Notes under the pieces: generated by a model
Told to the model about the DNA's origin: nothing
Seen by the model: the letters and a program-made list of their open reading frames with translations, nothing else
The model's database searches: none
Part shown: piece after piece, positions 45,357 to 53,052 of the stretch
Layout: the number at the start of each line of letters is the position of its first letter
Position numbering within the stretch: position 1 is the stretch's first letter
Program-made: the position numbers and the translations under genes
NCBI GenBank assembly: GCA_017466625.1
Contig: JAFTTT010000002.1
Location: forward strand, 1-53,184
Reading direction: 5' to 3'
Length of the DNA stretch: 53,184 nucleotides
Source of the DNA: Clostridia bacterium
Lineage (GTDB): Bacteria > Bacillota > Clostridia > Oscillospirales > CAG-272

Positions 45357-46184
45357 TCATTCTATTCGCTTTCTTCTGCTCAAAAGAATATTTATCCCCG
45401 CGCCGACAAGCAAAATCTCCATGCAGAAATAGAGCCACAGCATAACGACGATTATCGACGCCAAGCTTCCGTAAACGTATGAATAACGCCCGAAATGCTC
45501 GACGTAATATTCGAAAAGCGCCGAAAAAAGGAACCACGCCGCCGCGCTCAGAAATGCGCCCGGCGCCTCCCTTATTTCCCTGCTCCTTTGACCGCCGAAA
45601 ACGCGGTAAGTAAGCATAAACACTGCACTGAGAAGAAGAAAAAGCGCCGCGCTGTTAAGCACCTTCAGCGCACCCACGTGCCGCCAATTCGGCACCGCCT
45701 TAAGGATCATATCGCCGAATACCCAGACGATAAGCGCAAGTATGACCGAGCAGATATAAAGGAGCGTTATACCGATGCTTTTCAGAATGAAAAGGACGTA
45801 GCTTTTGTCCTTTTCCCCGCCGTAAACGTTCCTTATTCCCGCGCCGATCCCGCGTATTCCGCTCGACGCCGACCAGAGGAGAGTGAATGCACTCACGGAA
45901 AGGAGCGGAATATTCGATTTTTCGTTTATTTCGGATAAAATGCGCATCGCGTAAGGCGTAAGTCCCTCGGGAAACACCTCCGCAATATACGAATACATTT
46001 CTTCCCCGTTCGGCATAAAATATCCGAAGAAGGAAAGGACGAAAATCAGCATCGGCACCGCTGAAATTATTATAAAAAAAGCGGCTTGGGAAGCATACAC
46101 CCGAATACGGTGCTCCTCAAGCCACTTGTTTATCCGTTTTACTGCCAAATATATTGCGCGGATAAGCATCTCTTGCTTTGACAT
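45357..46184 (-). CDS. YihY/BrkB family membrane protein
   Basis: 275 aa; six predicted TM segments; block YASQAAFFIIISAVPMLIF. Confidence 0.75.
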   Translation of the reverse strand: MSKQEMLIRAIYLAVKRINKWLEEHRIRVYASQAAFFIIISAVPMLIFVLSFFGYFMPNGEEMYSYIAEVFPEGLTPYAMRILSEINEKSNIPLLSVSAFTLLWSASSGIRGIGAGIRNVYGGEKDKSYVLFILKSIGITLLYICSVILALIVWVFGDMILKAVPNWRHVGALKVLNSAALFLLLSAVFMLTYRVFGGQRSREIREAPGAFLSAAAWFLFSALFEYYVEHFGRYSYVYGSLASIIVVMLWLYFCMEILLVGAGINILLSRRKRIE

Positions 46185-46227
46185 ATATACTCCGTTTCGG
46201 TTTCATGAAAGAAGTATATGCAAAAGA

Positions 46228-47118
46228 TCAGATCAGTATTCTGACCGCTCCGTTCAGACATTCCGCGTCGACTGATGCATGGTTGCCCGCAAACTCTCCG
46301 TCGGTGCACCATGCAGGTGCTTCCTCGCATTCGATATGCACCTTCGCGGTATGAAGAAGCGTAACTCTGTCTCCGTCCGTCTTCTTCGCGAGGAGAAGCT
46401 TTGCGGTCTCGGCGAGGTCCTTCGCGCTCTTGATGCCCTTTATAAGAAGGACCTCAAAGAGTCCGTCAGACAAGCTTACGTCGTCCTTCGAAAGCTTCAG
46501 AACGCCGCCCGCGGAGGTCGAATTCGTTACTCCGACAAGCGCGAAATCGCCCTCGATCTCGCCGTCGTCGTAAACGACCTTCGTATGATACGACTTACCG
46601 ATCGTCGGAAGCTCCTTTGCGCCCTCAAGCACGTATGCGAAGTGTCCGAAAAGGTTCTTGACCTTCTGCGGCGCGGAATAGGACGCCTTTACGAATATAC
46701 CGAACGACGCGATATAAGAGAAATTCAGCTCGTTATTGAACATACCGATATCGAGCTCCATCACCTCGCGGTTTTCGATGTCGCTCGTCGCGTCGACGGG
46801 ATTTCTTGCCAATCCCAGCGTCGATGCAAAATCGTTCGTGCTTCCGCAGGGATAGTAAAGAAGGAGCGGCTTTTCATCTATCTTAAGCAGACCGCTTATG
46901 ACCTCGTTGAGCGTTCCGTCGCCGCCGCAGCAAACGATGAGATCGCGCGTACGTCCGAACTTCTCCGCCACCTTCGCCGCGTCACCGCGCGCCTTGGTTA
47001 TATAGACCTTCGTTTCGTAATCCTGACTCTTCAGCATTACGAGCATATTCGGCAGGTCTTCCTTTATCTTCATTTTTCCCGCAACGGGATTTACGATTAT
47101 GATCGCTTTCTTTGACAT
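46228..47118 (-). CDS. diacylglycerol/lipid kinase family protein (YegS/BmrU type)
   Basis: 296 aa; NPVAG N-terminus and the GGDGTLNEV block. Confidence 0.85.
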   Translation of the reverse strand: MSKKAIIIVNPVAGKMKIKEDLPNMLVMLKSQDYETKVYITKARGDAAKVAEKFGRTRDLIVCCGGDGTLNEVISGLLKIDEKPLLLYYPCGSTNDFASTLGLARNPVDATSDIENREVMELDIGMFNNELNFSYIASFGIFVKASYSAPQKVKNLFGHFAYVLEGAKELPTIGKSYHTKVVYDDGEIEGDFALVGVTNSTSAGGVLKLSKDDVSLSDGLFEVLLIKGIKSAKDLAETAKLLLAKKTDGDRVTLLHTAKVHIECEEAPAWCTDGEFAGNHASVDAECLNGAVRILI

Positions 47119-47207
47119 TTTAATGCCCTCGCATAAAATTTCGTTTCCTTTATTTTACACCATATCGACCTTTTTTTCAATAGTATTTTCAATTTTTCAA
47201 AAAACTA

Positions 47208-47236
47208 TGGACAATTTCGCTTTAATATAGTAGAAT
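47208..47236 (+). promoter_or_regulatory. candidate sigma-A promoter of asnA
   Basis: TGGACA (47208-47213), counted 17-nt spacer, TAGAAT (47231-47236). Confidence 0.55.
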
Positions 47237-47266
47237 ATAAAAAGATTTTATTTATTGGAGCGTACT

Positions 47267-48271
47267 ATGAGCGTTTACATTCCGGACGGCTACAAATCAA
47301 TACTCAATCCGCGTCAGACGCAGATGGCGATAAAAAAGGTGAAGGACTTTTTCGAGCGTGACCTCGCGATCCAGCTCGATCTCATAAGAGTTTCAGCACC
47401 TCTTTTCGTCACGTCAAGCTCGGGTCTTAACGACGACCTGAACGGCGTTGAACGCGCAGTAAAATTTGATATAAAGGGCGTTGAGAGCGACGCAGAGATC
47501 GTTCATTCGCTCGCGAAATGGAAGCGTAATGCACTCAAGGAATACGGCTTCGGACGCGACGAGGGTCTTTATACAGATATGAACGCCATCCGCCGTGACG
47601 AGGATACCGATAATATTCATTCGGTATTCGTCGACCAGTGGGACTGGGAGAGAATAATCTCGAAGGAAGAAAGAACCGTCGAGACCCTCAAATCGACCGT
47701 CAAAAAGATATACGCGGCGCTTCGACACACCGAAAAGCACGTAGCGGACGACTATGCGTTCGCAAAACGCCTGCTTCCCGAAAAGATCACCTTCGTGACC
47801 TCGCAAGAGCTTGAGGATAAGTATCCCGATCTCACCGCAAAGGAGCGTGAATACAAGGCGGCAAAGGAGCACGGCGCTATCTTCCTTATGCAGATAGGCG
47901 GCGCACTTAAGTCGGGCAAGCCGCACGACGGACGCGCTCCCGACTACGACGACTGGTCGCTTAACGGCGATATTATCGTTTATTACGAGCTTCTCGACAT
48001 CGCCCTCGAGCTTTCCTCCATGGGTATTCGTGTTGACGAGGAAGCGCTGATGCGTCAGCTTAAAATAAAGGGCTGTGAAGAAAGAGCCGAGCTTCCCTTC
48101 CACCGCGCACTTCTCAACGGCGAGCTTCCCTATACGATAGGCGGCGGTATCGGTCAGTCGAGAATGTGTATGTTCTTCCTGCATAAGGCACACATAGGCG
48201 AGGTACAGTCCTCGGTTTGGGACGACGAAACGATCCGCGTTTGTAACGACGCGGGAATAACTCTTCTCTGA
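47267..48271 (+). CDS. asnA: aspartate--ammonia ligase (asparagine synthetase A)
   Basis: ATG 47267 six nt after GGAG; blocks [32 protein letters not shown]. Confidence 0.9.
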   Translation: MSVYIPDGYKSILNPRQTQMAIKKVKDFFERDLAIQLDLIRVSAPLFVTSSSGLNDDLNGVERAVKFDIKGVESDAEIVHSLAKWKRNALKEYGFGRDEGLYTDMNAIRRDEDTDNIHSVFVDQWDWERIISKEERTVETLKSTVKKIYAALRHTEKHVADDYAFAKRLLPEKITFVTSQELEDKYPDLTAKEREYKAAKEHGAIFLMQIGGALKSGKPHDGRAPDYDDWSLNGDIIVYYELLDIALELSSMGIRVDEEALMRQLKIKGCEERAELPFHRALLNGELPYTIGGGIGQSRMCMFFLHKAHIGEVQSSVWDDETIRVCNDAGITLL

Positions 48272-48272
48272 T

Positions 48273-48971
48273 ATGAAAAAGAAAGCAATACTTTTCGACC
48301 TCGACGATACACTTCTTGATTTCCACCGTTCGGAGGACGTCGCACTGCGTAAAACGCTGTCGGAAAACGGCGTCACGCCGACAGACGAGATGATAAAGCA
48401 CTACTCGAAGGTCAACCTTTCACAGTGGAAGCTGCTCGAGAAGGGCGAGCTTACGCGTGAACAGGTGCTTTACCGCCGTTTTGAGATATTCTTCTCCGAT
48501 CTCGGTCTTACCTGCGATCCCGTAAAGGTGCAAAGCGGTTACGAAAACGCCCTCTCGCAAAGCTGGTTCTACCTCGACGGCGCCGAGGAATTGCTCGACG
48601 AAATGTCGCAAAAATACCGCCTTTTCGTCGTTTCACACGGCACAGCAAAGGTGCAGGACGGAAGAATCAGCTTAAGCGGCATCGGCAAATATTTTGAGCA
48701 GATATTTATCTCTCAAAGAGTCGGCTACGATAAGCCAAACCCGAAGTTTTTTGATAAATGCTTCGAGCTTATCGGCGACCTCGACCGTTCCGACTGCTTC
48801 ATCGTCGGCGACAGTCTCACCTCAGATATTCAGGGCGGCAAAAACGCAGGCATCACAACCGTTTGGTATAACCTTCGCGGCTACGAACGCGACCCCGAGA
48901 TAGTGCCGGATTATGAAATTCCGTCACTCGATATGCTGCCGATCGTCGCGGAAATGATATTGGGAGAATAA
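48273..48971 (+). CDS. HAD family hydrolase, YjjG-like nucleotidase subgroup
   Basis: 232 aa; motif I FDLDDTLLDF and motif IV GDSLTSDIQGG. Confidence 0.75.
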   Translation: MKKKAILFDLDDTLLDFHRSEDVALRKTLSENGVTPTDEMIKHYSKVNLSQWKLLEKGELTREQVLYRRFEIFFSDLGLTCDPVKVQSGYENALSQSWFYLDGAEELLDEMSQKYRLFVVSHGTAKVQDGRISLSGIGKYFEQIFISQRVGYDKPNPKFFDKCFELIGDLDRSDCFIVGDSLTSDIQGGKNAGITTVWYNLRGYERDPEIVPDYEIPSLDMLPIVAEMILGE

Positions 48972-48977
48972 AACAGT

Positions 48978-49006
48978 AAAAAATCCACCCGATGAGGGTG
49001 GATTTT
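48978..49006. terminator. bidirectional intrinsic terminator
   Basis: AAAAAATCCACCC-GATGA-GGGTGGATTTTT. Confidence 0.85.
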
Positions 49007-49017
49007 TGTTGTGTAAT

Positions 49018-50763
49018 TTAATTTTCCGGATGAGTAACTGTGTGGGATCTTATCAGATAATTTCCGTCAACAAGCTCGACTATTATCTTGCCGGTGATGT
49101 CGTTGTCAATTCTGTCTATTACAATATCGTCATCATCATAAACCAGTTTTACGTAATGATAGCAGATCTCAAATTTGCCTTGTTCGACTTCAACGTAATT
49201 ATCATATTCAAACTCGTATTCAGGAAAAAATCCGCCTGCACCGATGTCTTCCGCAATGATTTCTCCGTTTTTCACAATGTAATGAAAGCGGCTATAAGGC
49301 GGTAATATGTAATCGAAATCGACATCGATTTCTTCTTGCACATCTCCAATTCCAGAATAATCGTACGTTTGTCCGAAAACACTTAATGTGTATTTATCGA
49401 GATCGGATACAGCATATACATCGCAATATAATAACCATATATCTAAATCAGGATCATAGTATTCTTCTGATATCACTCTACACGGTGACACACCTCGTAG
49501 CATAACGATTCTGTATTCGGCGATCTCATTCGGAGAAGAAAACTCGTCTAAATAATAGAAGCATTTATAAGCGTAGTCTTTGAATATCGCAGTCTTGCTC
49601 GGCTTTATATTTGTTAGTACAGTGTTTCCGGGCTGTATATCTATTGCTTCCCATTGTTTATTGGAACCGTCGTAATTAACTGTCGTGAGGTTATAGCATC
49701 CACCGAAGGCAGATTCACCGATTGTCGTTACACTGTTGGGAATATTTATGCTTATTAAGCTTTCGCACCAAGAAAAAGCACGTTCACCGATTGTCGTTAC
49801 ACTGTTGGGAATATTTATGCTTGTTAAGCTATAGCAGCTCGAAAAAGCATATTCACCAATACTTGTAACGCTGTCCGGGATGTTTATGCTTGTTAATTTT
49901 TCACATCCGAAAAAGGCATCGTCACCGATATTCGTTACCCTATATCCGTCTATGTATTCACCTATGACGACAGTTTTATCCGTGCAGGTACCGATACCCG
50001 TAATCGTACAAGTCTTACCGTCTGAATTGACCTTGTATTCCAAACCTGCAGAGCCCTTTGCCGGAATTACCTCTTCTTTGAGCGTTGTCCCACAAACGGA
50101 ACAGATCTGTCGGCGCTTGCCGTCTTCGGTATTTGTCGCTTCTTTATCGGTGACCCACTTGCCTTCCGTATGACCTTTTGCTTTTACAATGTTCTGTGCA
50201 ACCGTGACAGCACCGCATACAGAGCAATGTTTACCTTCAGTCTTGCCGTCCGTCGTACAAGTTGCGGCTACTGCCTTATCGGTAACTACCGTATGACCCT
50301 TTGCTTTTATGACCTTCTGTGCTACAAGAATCTCACCGCACGTTGAACAATGCTTACCCTCAGTCTTGCCGTCCGTCATACAAGTTGCGGCAACTGCTTT
50401 GTCTGTAACCTCGGTATGAACGTGCGGCGTTGGCTCGTCGGGGATTGTGGTTTGATCAGGCGACGTGGTCTCAACAGAAGATGTAGTTTCACCAGACGAC
50501 GTGGTCTCGTCAGTTGAACTCGTATCGTCTGCGATCGTGGTGTCGTCGGTCGAAGTAGTTTCATCTCCCGTCGTGGTTTCGCCTGCCGTCGTGGTTTCGT
50601 CAACAGTAGTTGTAACGTCTCCCGAGGAAGTGACTTCGGAATTGTTCTTGTCATCGTCGCACGAGCTTAAACTCAATGAAAGCATCATTGCAAGAATGAG
50701 GATGAGCATGACAATTAATACACGCCCGAGCTTTATTGTCCTTTGCATTTTCTTTTCCTCCAA
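49018..50763 (-). CDS. surface lipoprotein: Thr/Ser-rich linker, three Cys-containing 41-aa modules, BspA-type leucine-rich repeats, unknown C-terminal domain
   Basis: 581 aa; lipobox LSSC; repeated KAKGHTxVTDKAVAATCxTDGKTEGKHCSxCG; LRR units like CxSLTSINIPNSVTxIGExAF. Confidence 0.7.
   Translation of the reverse strand: MEEKKMQRTIKLGRVLIVMLILILAMMLSLSLSSCDDDKNNSEVTSSGDVTTTVDETTTAGETTTGDETTSTDDTTIADDTSSTDETTSSGETTSSVETTSPDQTTIPDEPTPHVHTEVTDKAVAATCMTDGKTEGKHCSTCGEILVAQKVIKAKGHTVVTDKAVAATCTTDGKTEGKHCSVCGAVTVAQNIVKAKGHTEGKWVTDKEATNTEDGKRRQICSVCGTTLKEEVIPAKGSAGLEYKVNSDGKTCTITGIGTCTDKTVVIGEYIDGYRVTNIGDDAFFGCEKLTSINIPDSVTSIGEYAFSSCYSLTSINIPNSVTTIGERAFSWCESLISINIPNSVTTIGESAFGGCYNLTTVNYDGSNKQWEAIDIQPGNTVLTNIKPSKTAIFKDYAYKCFYYLDEFSSPNEIAEYRIVMLRGVSPCRVISEEYYDPDLDIWLLYCDVYAVSDLDKYTLSVFGQTYDYSGIGDVQEEIDVDFDYILPPYSRFHYIVKNGEIIAEDIGAGGFFPEYEFEYDNYVEVEQGKFEICYHYVKLVYDDDDIVIDRIDNDITGKIIVELVDGNYLIRSHTVTHPEN
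49714..49920 (-). repeat. three tandem 69-nt coding repeats (23-aa LRR units)
   Basis: near-identical units start at 49714, 49783 and 49852, in frame within the lipoprotein CDS. Confidence 0.8.
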
Positions 50764-50977
50764 AAATTAAAAAGTGCGCCAGCCGAAGCTGACGCACAAA
50801 AACGCAAACTCCGGTTGTCGCCAAACAAACTTATACAGAAAGAGTACTCGCATACCTAAATCTGTGGAATTTGCATTTTATCAAATTCGATAATTTAGAT
50901 ATGCGCAAAAAAGACACAATTATCCCACAAAAAAGATAAAAGTACCCCTTGATTTCTGTATATTAAGTTCGTTTGGC
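50764..50977 (-). promoter_or_regulatory. long structured 5' leader with an RBS-proximal terminator hairpin (candidate attenuator or riboswitch)
   Basis: about 20-bp imperfect closing helix (50956-50977 with 50820-50838); 13-bp inner helix (50893-50905 with 50849-50861); terminator GTGCGTCAGC-TTCG-GCTGGCGCAC plus T5 at 50769-50797. Confidence 0.5.
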
Positions 50978-50983
50978 AATTTC

Positions 50984-51012
50984 ATTTTATCACGGTGAAG
51001 CGTCTTTGTCAA
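50984..51012 (-). promoter_or_regulatory. near-consensus sigma-A promoter of the LRR lipoprotein gene
   Basis: minus strand TTGACA (51012-51007), counted 17-nt spacer, TAAAAT (50989-50984) with TGn extension; the -35 box lies inside the repeat-module 12-mer. Confidence 0.65.
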
Positions 51013-51236
51013 TAGCGGATTGTCGATTATTGCCTCCAACTCCAGAGTAGTTTGCTACGCAACCTACGGGAGGTGGATTTTTGCGAAGCAAAAAGACGGA
51101 AGGAGCCCGCGATGCAAAAAATCTTGCGGATATGCCCTTCTCATTGGGGCGGTTCCATAAATAATCTATTATCGAGCGTTTCTCGCCCGATGTCTCCTCC
51201 ACCGCTTCGCGGAGCCCCCTCCCGGAGGGAGCCAAA
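51007..51236 (-). repeat. GC-rich structured intergenic module, copy D, ending in CCGCTATTGACA
   Basis: lies between the cotJC terminator and the promoter. Hairpins include GGCTCCCTCCGGGAGGGGGCTCC and TTTTTGC-GAA-GCAAAAA. Only junk ORFs on both strands. Confidence 0.6.
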
Positions 51237-51237
51237 C

Positions 51238-51257
51238 AAAAAAGAGCCCGTGGGCTC
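51238..51257 (-). terminator. intrinsic terminator of the cotJ operon
   Basis: GAGCCCGTGGGCTC hairpin flanked by A6 and T6 directly after the cotJC stop. Confidence 0.85.
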
Positions 51258-51261
51258 TTTT

Positions 51262-51864
51262 TTAGCATCCGCGTTTATCGGCGGGGTTGAAATAGTAGAA
51301 GTTCTTGCTGTCAAGCTGATCCTGTACCATTCCGAGTGCTTCTCCGAAGCGCTGAAAATGCACGATCTCGCGCTGACGCAGGAAGCGTATAGGCGCGATC
51401 ACGTCGGGATCGTCGACGAGCTTCAAGATGTTGTCGTAGGTCGTTCTCGCCTTCTGCTCTGCGCCCATGTCCTCGGTCAGATCCGTTATCGGATCGCCCT
51501 TCGACTGCAGGTACGCCGCCGTGAAAGGCACGCCTGCCGCAGATGCGGGATAAACGCCGAGTGTGTGGTCGACGTAGAAGGCGTCGAAGCCCTGACGTAT
51601 GATCTCGTCTGTCGACAGATTCTTCGTAAGCTGCTGAACTATCGTTCCGACCATTTCAAGGTGCGCAAGCTCCTCGGTCGCGATGTCGTTGAGCAGTCCC
51701 GCTACGCGCGGATACGGCATCGCAAACTTCTGCGAGAAATAGCGAAGTGACGCACCAAGCTCGCCGTCGGGGCCGCCGTACTGACTCAAAATCACCTTTG
51801 CCGCCCGTGCGTTCGGCGTCTTGATGTTCACGGGAAACTGTAATCTTTTTTCGTAACTAAACAT
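51262..51864 (-). CDS. cotJC: manganese catalase family protein / spore coat protein CotJC
   Basis: 200 aa; blocks GELGASLRYFSQ and EELAHLEMV; follows cotJB. Confidence 0.9.
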   Translation of the reverse strand: MFSYEKRLQFPVNIKTPNARAAKVILSQYGGPDGELGASLRYFSQKFAMPYPRVAGLLNDIATEELAHLEMVGTIVQQLTKNLSTDEIIRQGFDAFYVDHTLGVYPASAAGVPFTAAYLQSKGDPITDLTEDMGAEQKARTTYDNILKLVDDPDVIAPIRFLRQREIVHFQRFGEALGMVQDQLDSKNFYYFNPADKRGC

Positions 51865-51865
51865 A

Positions 51866-52132
51866 TCAGTTCATTTCACTCCCTTCAAGCCATCCGTTCT
51901 TGTTCCAAACCCAGGTGTCGGCTTCGTTCGGTCCGTAGGACGAAAGCGCACCGTAGCTCTTTTCGTACTGATTCACGAGCGCTTCGCGCCTGTTCTGATA
52001 TTCCTTGAACATAGCGAGCGCCTCGGGGCAGTCGGGGTGTGTGTCGAGATAAAGTCGGAGGTCGTCAAGGACGAAGCTCGTTTCGCCTATTGCGTGGAGA
52101 AGCTCTCTTTTACTTACACGGTTGTCATTCAT
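51866..52132 (-). CDS. cotJB: spore coat protein CotJB
   Basis: 88 aa; block FVLDDLRLYLDTHPDCPEAL. Confidence 0.85.
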   Translation of the reverse strand: MNDNRVSKRELLHAIGETSFVLDDLRLYLDTHPDCPEALAMFKEYQNRREALVNQYEKSYGALSSYGPNEADTWVWNKNGWLEGSEMN

Positions 52133-52368
52133 CGTCTCATTCCTCCCGCACAGTAGGGCTTATCAAGATCCGGGAATATCGTTCCTATCCGCCAGCCGTC
52201 ACACGGCGAATAAAGCTTCCCGAAGGTCTGTTTTTTCGTATACGATATGCCAAGCGAGATCGGCTGGCTGACGCAGAGACAGTTGTCGCTCGGACTATCC
52301 ACTGCACGGTTTTCCTGCCGCGGCATCGGGCACGACTGCCCTCTGCGAGGGTATCTGTTTCTTTCCAT
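52129..52368 (-). CDS. cotJA: spore coat associated protein CotJA
   Basis: 79 aa; C-terminal block GTIFPDLDKPY; overlaps the cotJB start. Confidence 0.75.
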   Translation of the reverse strand: MERNRYPRRGQSCPMPRQENRAVDSPSDNCLCVSQPISLGISYTKKQTFGKLYSPCDGWRIGTIFPDLDKPYCAGGMRR

Positions 52369-52450
52369 ACTCTTTTTCCTTTAATATATTTGCGGTTGAC
52401 CGCTGTTATTATCTTATGCGAAAAGGAAATATTAGTGAGCGAAAACCGTA

Positions 52451-52479
52451 TTGACAAAAACGATATTATAGTGTAAAAT
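52451..52479 (+). promoter_or_regulatory. near-consensus sigma-A promoter upstream of the tRNA-Pro fragment
   Basis: TTGACA (52451-52456), counted 17-nt spacer, TAAAAT (52474-52479); 11 nt before the tRNA-like 5' end. Confidence 0.6.
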
Positions 52480-52490
52480 GTATCAGTAAT

Positions 52491-52528
52491 CGGGATGTAG
52501 CGCAGTTGGTAGCGCGCCTGCTTTGGGA
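52491..52528 (+). pseudogene. 5' fragment of a tRNA-Pro(UGG) gene: acceptor 5' strand, D-arm, anticodon 5' stem and loop only
   Basis: CGGGATG-TA-GCGC-AGTTGGTA-GCGC-G-CCTGC-TTTGGGA, after which similarity stops. No complementary anticodon 3' stem, T-arm or acceptor 3' strand downstream. Confidence 0.7.
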
Positions 52529-52698
52529 CTGTGAGATAGGTAATTCAAGTAAAATCCAAGACACCTCAAAAAAGCCTTTAATACTGCGGTTTTTCCGCTT
52601 TCTTATTTTGGAGAAATATGCTATAATAGGCTTACGACCACATAGTGTCCCACAGTTGCGGAATTTCTGTAAAAATCCGAGCAAAAAACTTAATAAAT

Positions 52699-52774
52699 CG
52701 GGGTGTGGCGCAGTTGGTAGCGCGCGACATTTGGGATGTCGATGCCGCAGGTTCGAACCCTGTCACTCCGACCA
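52699..52774 (+). tRNA. tRNA-Pro (anticodon UGG), CCA encoded
   Basis: 76-nt cloverleaf folded by hand: acceptor CGGGGTG/CACTCCG, D-arm GCGC/GCGC, anticodon stem CGACA/TGTCG with loop TTTGGGA, T-arm GCAGG-TTCGAAC-CCTGT, then ACCA. Confidence 0.9.
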
Positions 52775-52778
52775 AATT

Positions 52779-52823
52779 TTGACCGAAAATAGAGGTTTTA
52801 CCTCCACTTTCGGTCAATTTTTT
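52779..52823 (+). terminator. intrinsic terminator after tRNA-Pro
   Basis: TTGACCGAAA...TTTCGGTCAA long hairpin followed by TTTTTT. Confidence 0.8.
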
Positions 52824-53052
52824 ATGCATTTTAAGTGTTTTGCCGCCACTTTTGCAAAAATCGTGTTTTTTACGAACACATAATCAAATGTGGCCTGCAA
52901 AATCTCTTTTTCTTTGATTACTGCAGCTCAGATTTTGAGCATCATTATTACAAAAAAACATATAAGCCGCTAAGTGAAGTTCAAACAAAAATTGCTAATA
53001 ATTAAAGAACGGCGACAGGGAGATTAACTTCTCTCTGCCGCCGCTTTCTTAT

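Noticed and set aside
49714-49920. Regularly spaced 69-nt near-identical repeats that look like a small CRISPR-like array
   Set aside because: The units are directly adjacent with no unique spacers. They are in frame inside a long ORF and translate to BspA-type leucine-rich repeat units (..LTSINIPNSVTTIGE.AF..). They are coding tandem repeats.
52369-52450. Sigma-E type sporulation promoter upstream of cotJA
   Set aside because: The only match to the -10 (CATACAnT) is weak (CAAATATAT), and no convincing -35 box is present. I could not support a call by eye.
52491-52774. A single tRNA-Pro interrupted by a roughly 170-nt intron (group I style)
   Set aside because: The downstream tRNA is complete on its own, with its own 5' half. 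Its 3' acceptor strand (CACTCCG) and anticodon 3' stem (TGTCG) do not complement the upstream fragment (CGGGATG, CCTGC). No other 3' half is present.
52466-52883. Three overlapping ORFs of 65-125 aa across the tRNA region
   Set aside because: They run through the tRNA-Pro gene, its fragment and the terminator. The repeated peptide word RATNCAT is just translated tRNA sequence.
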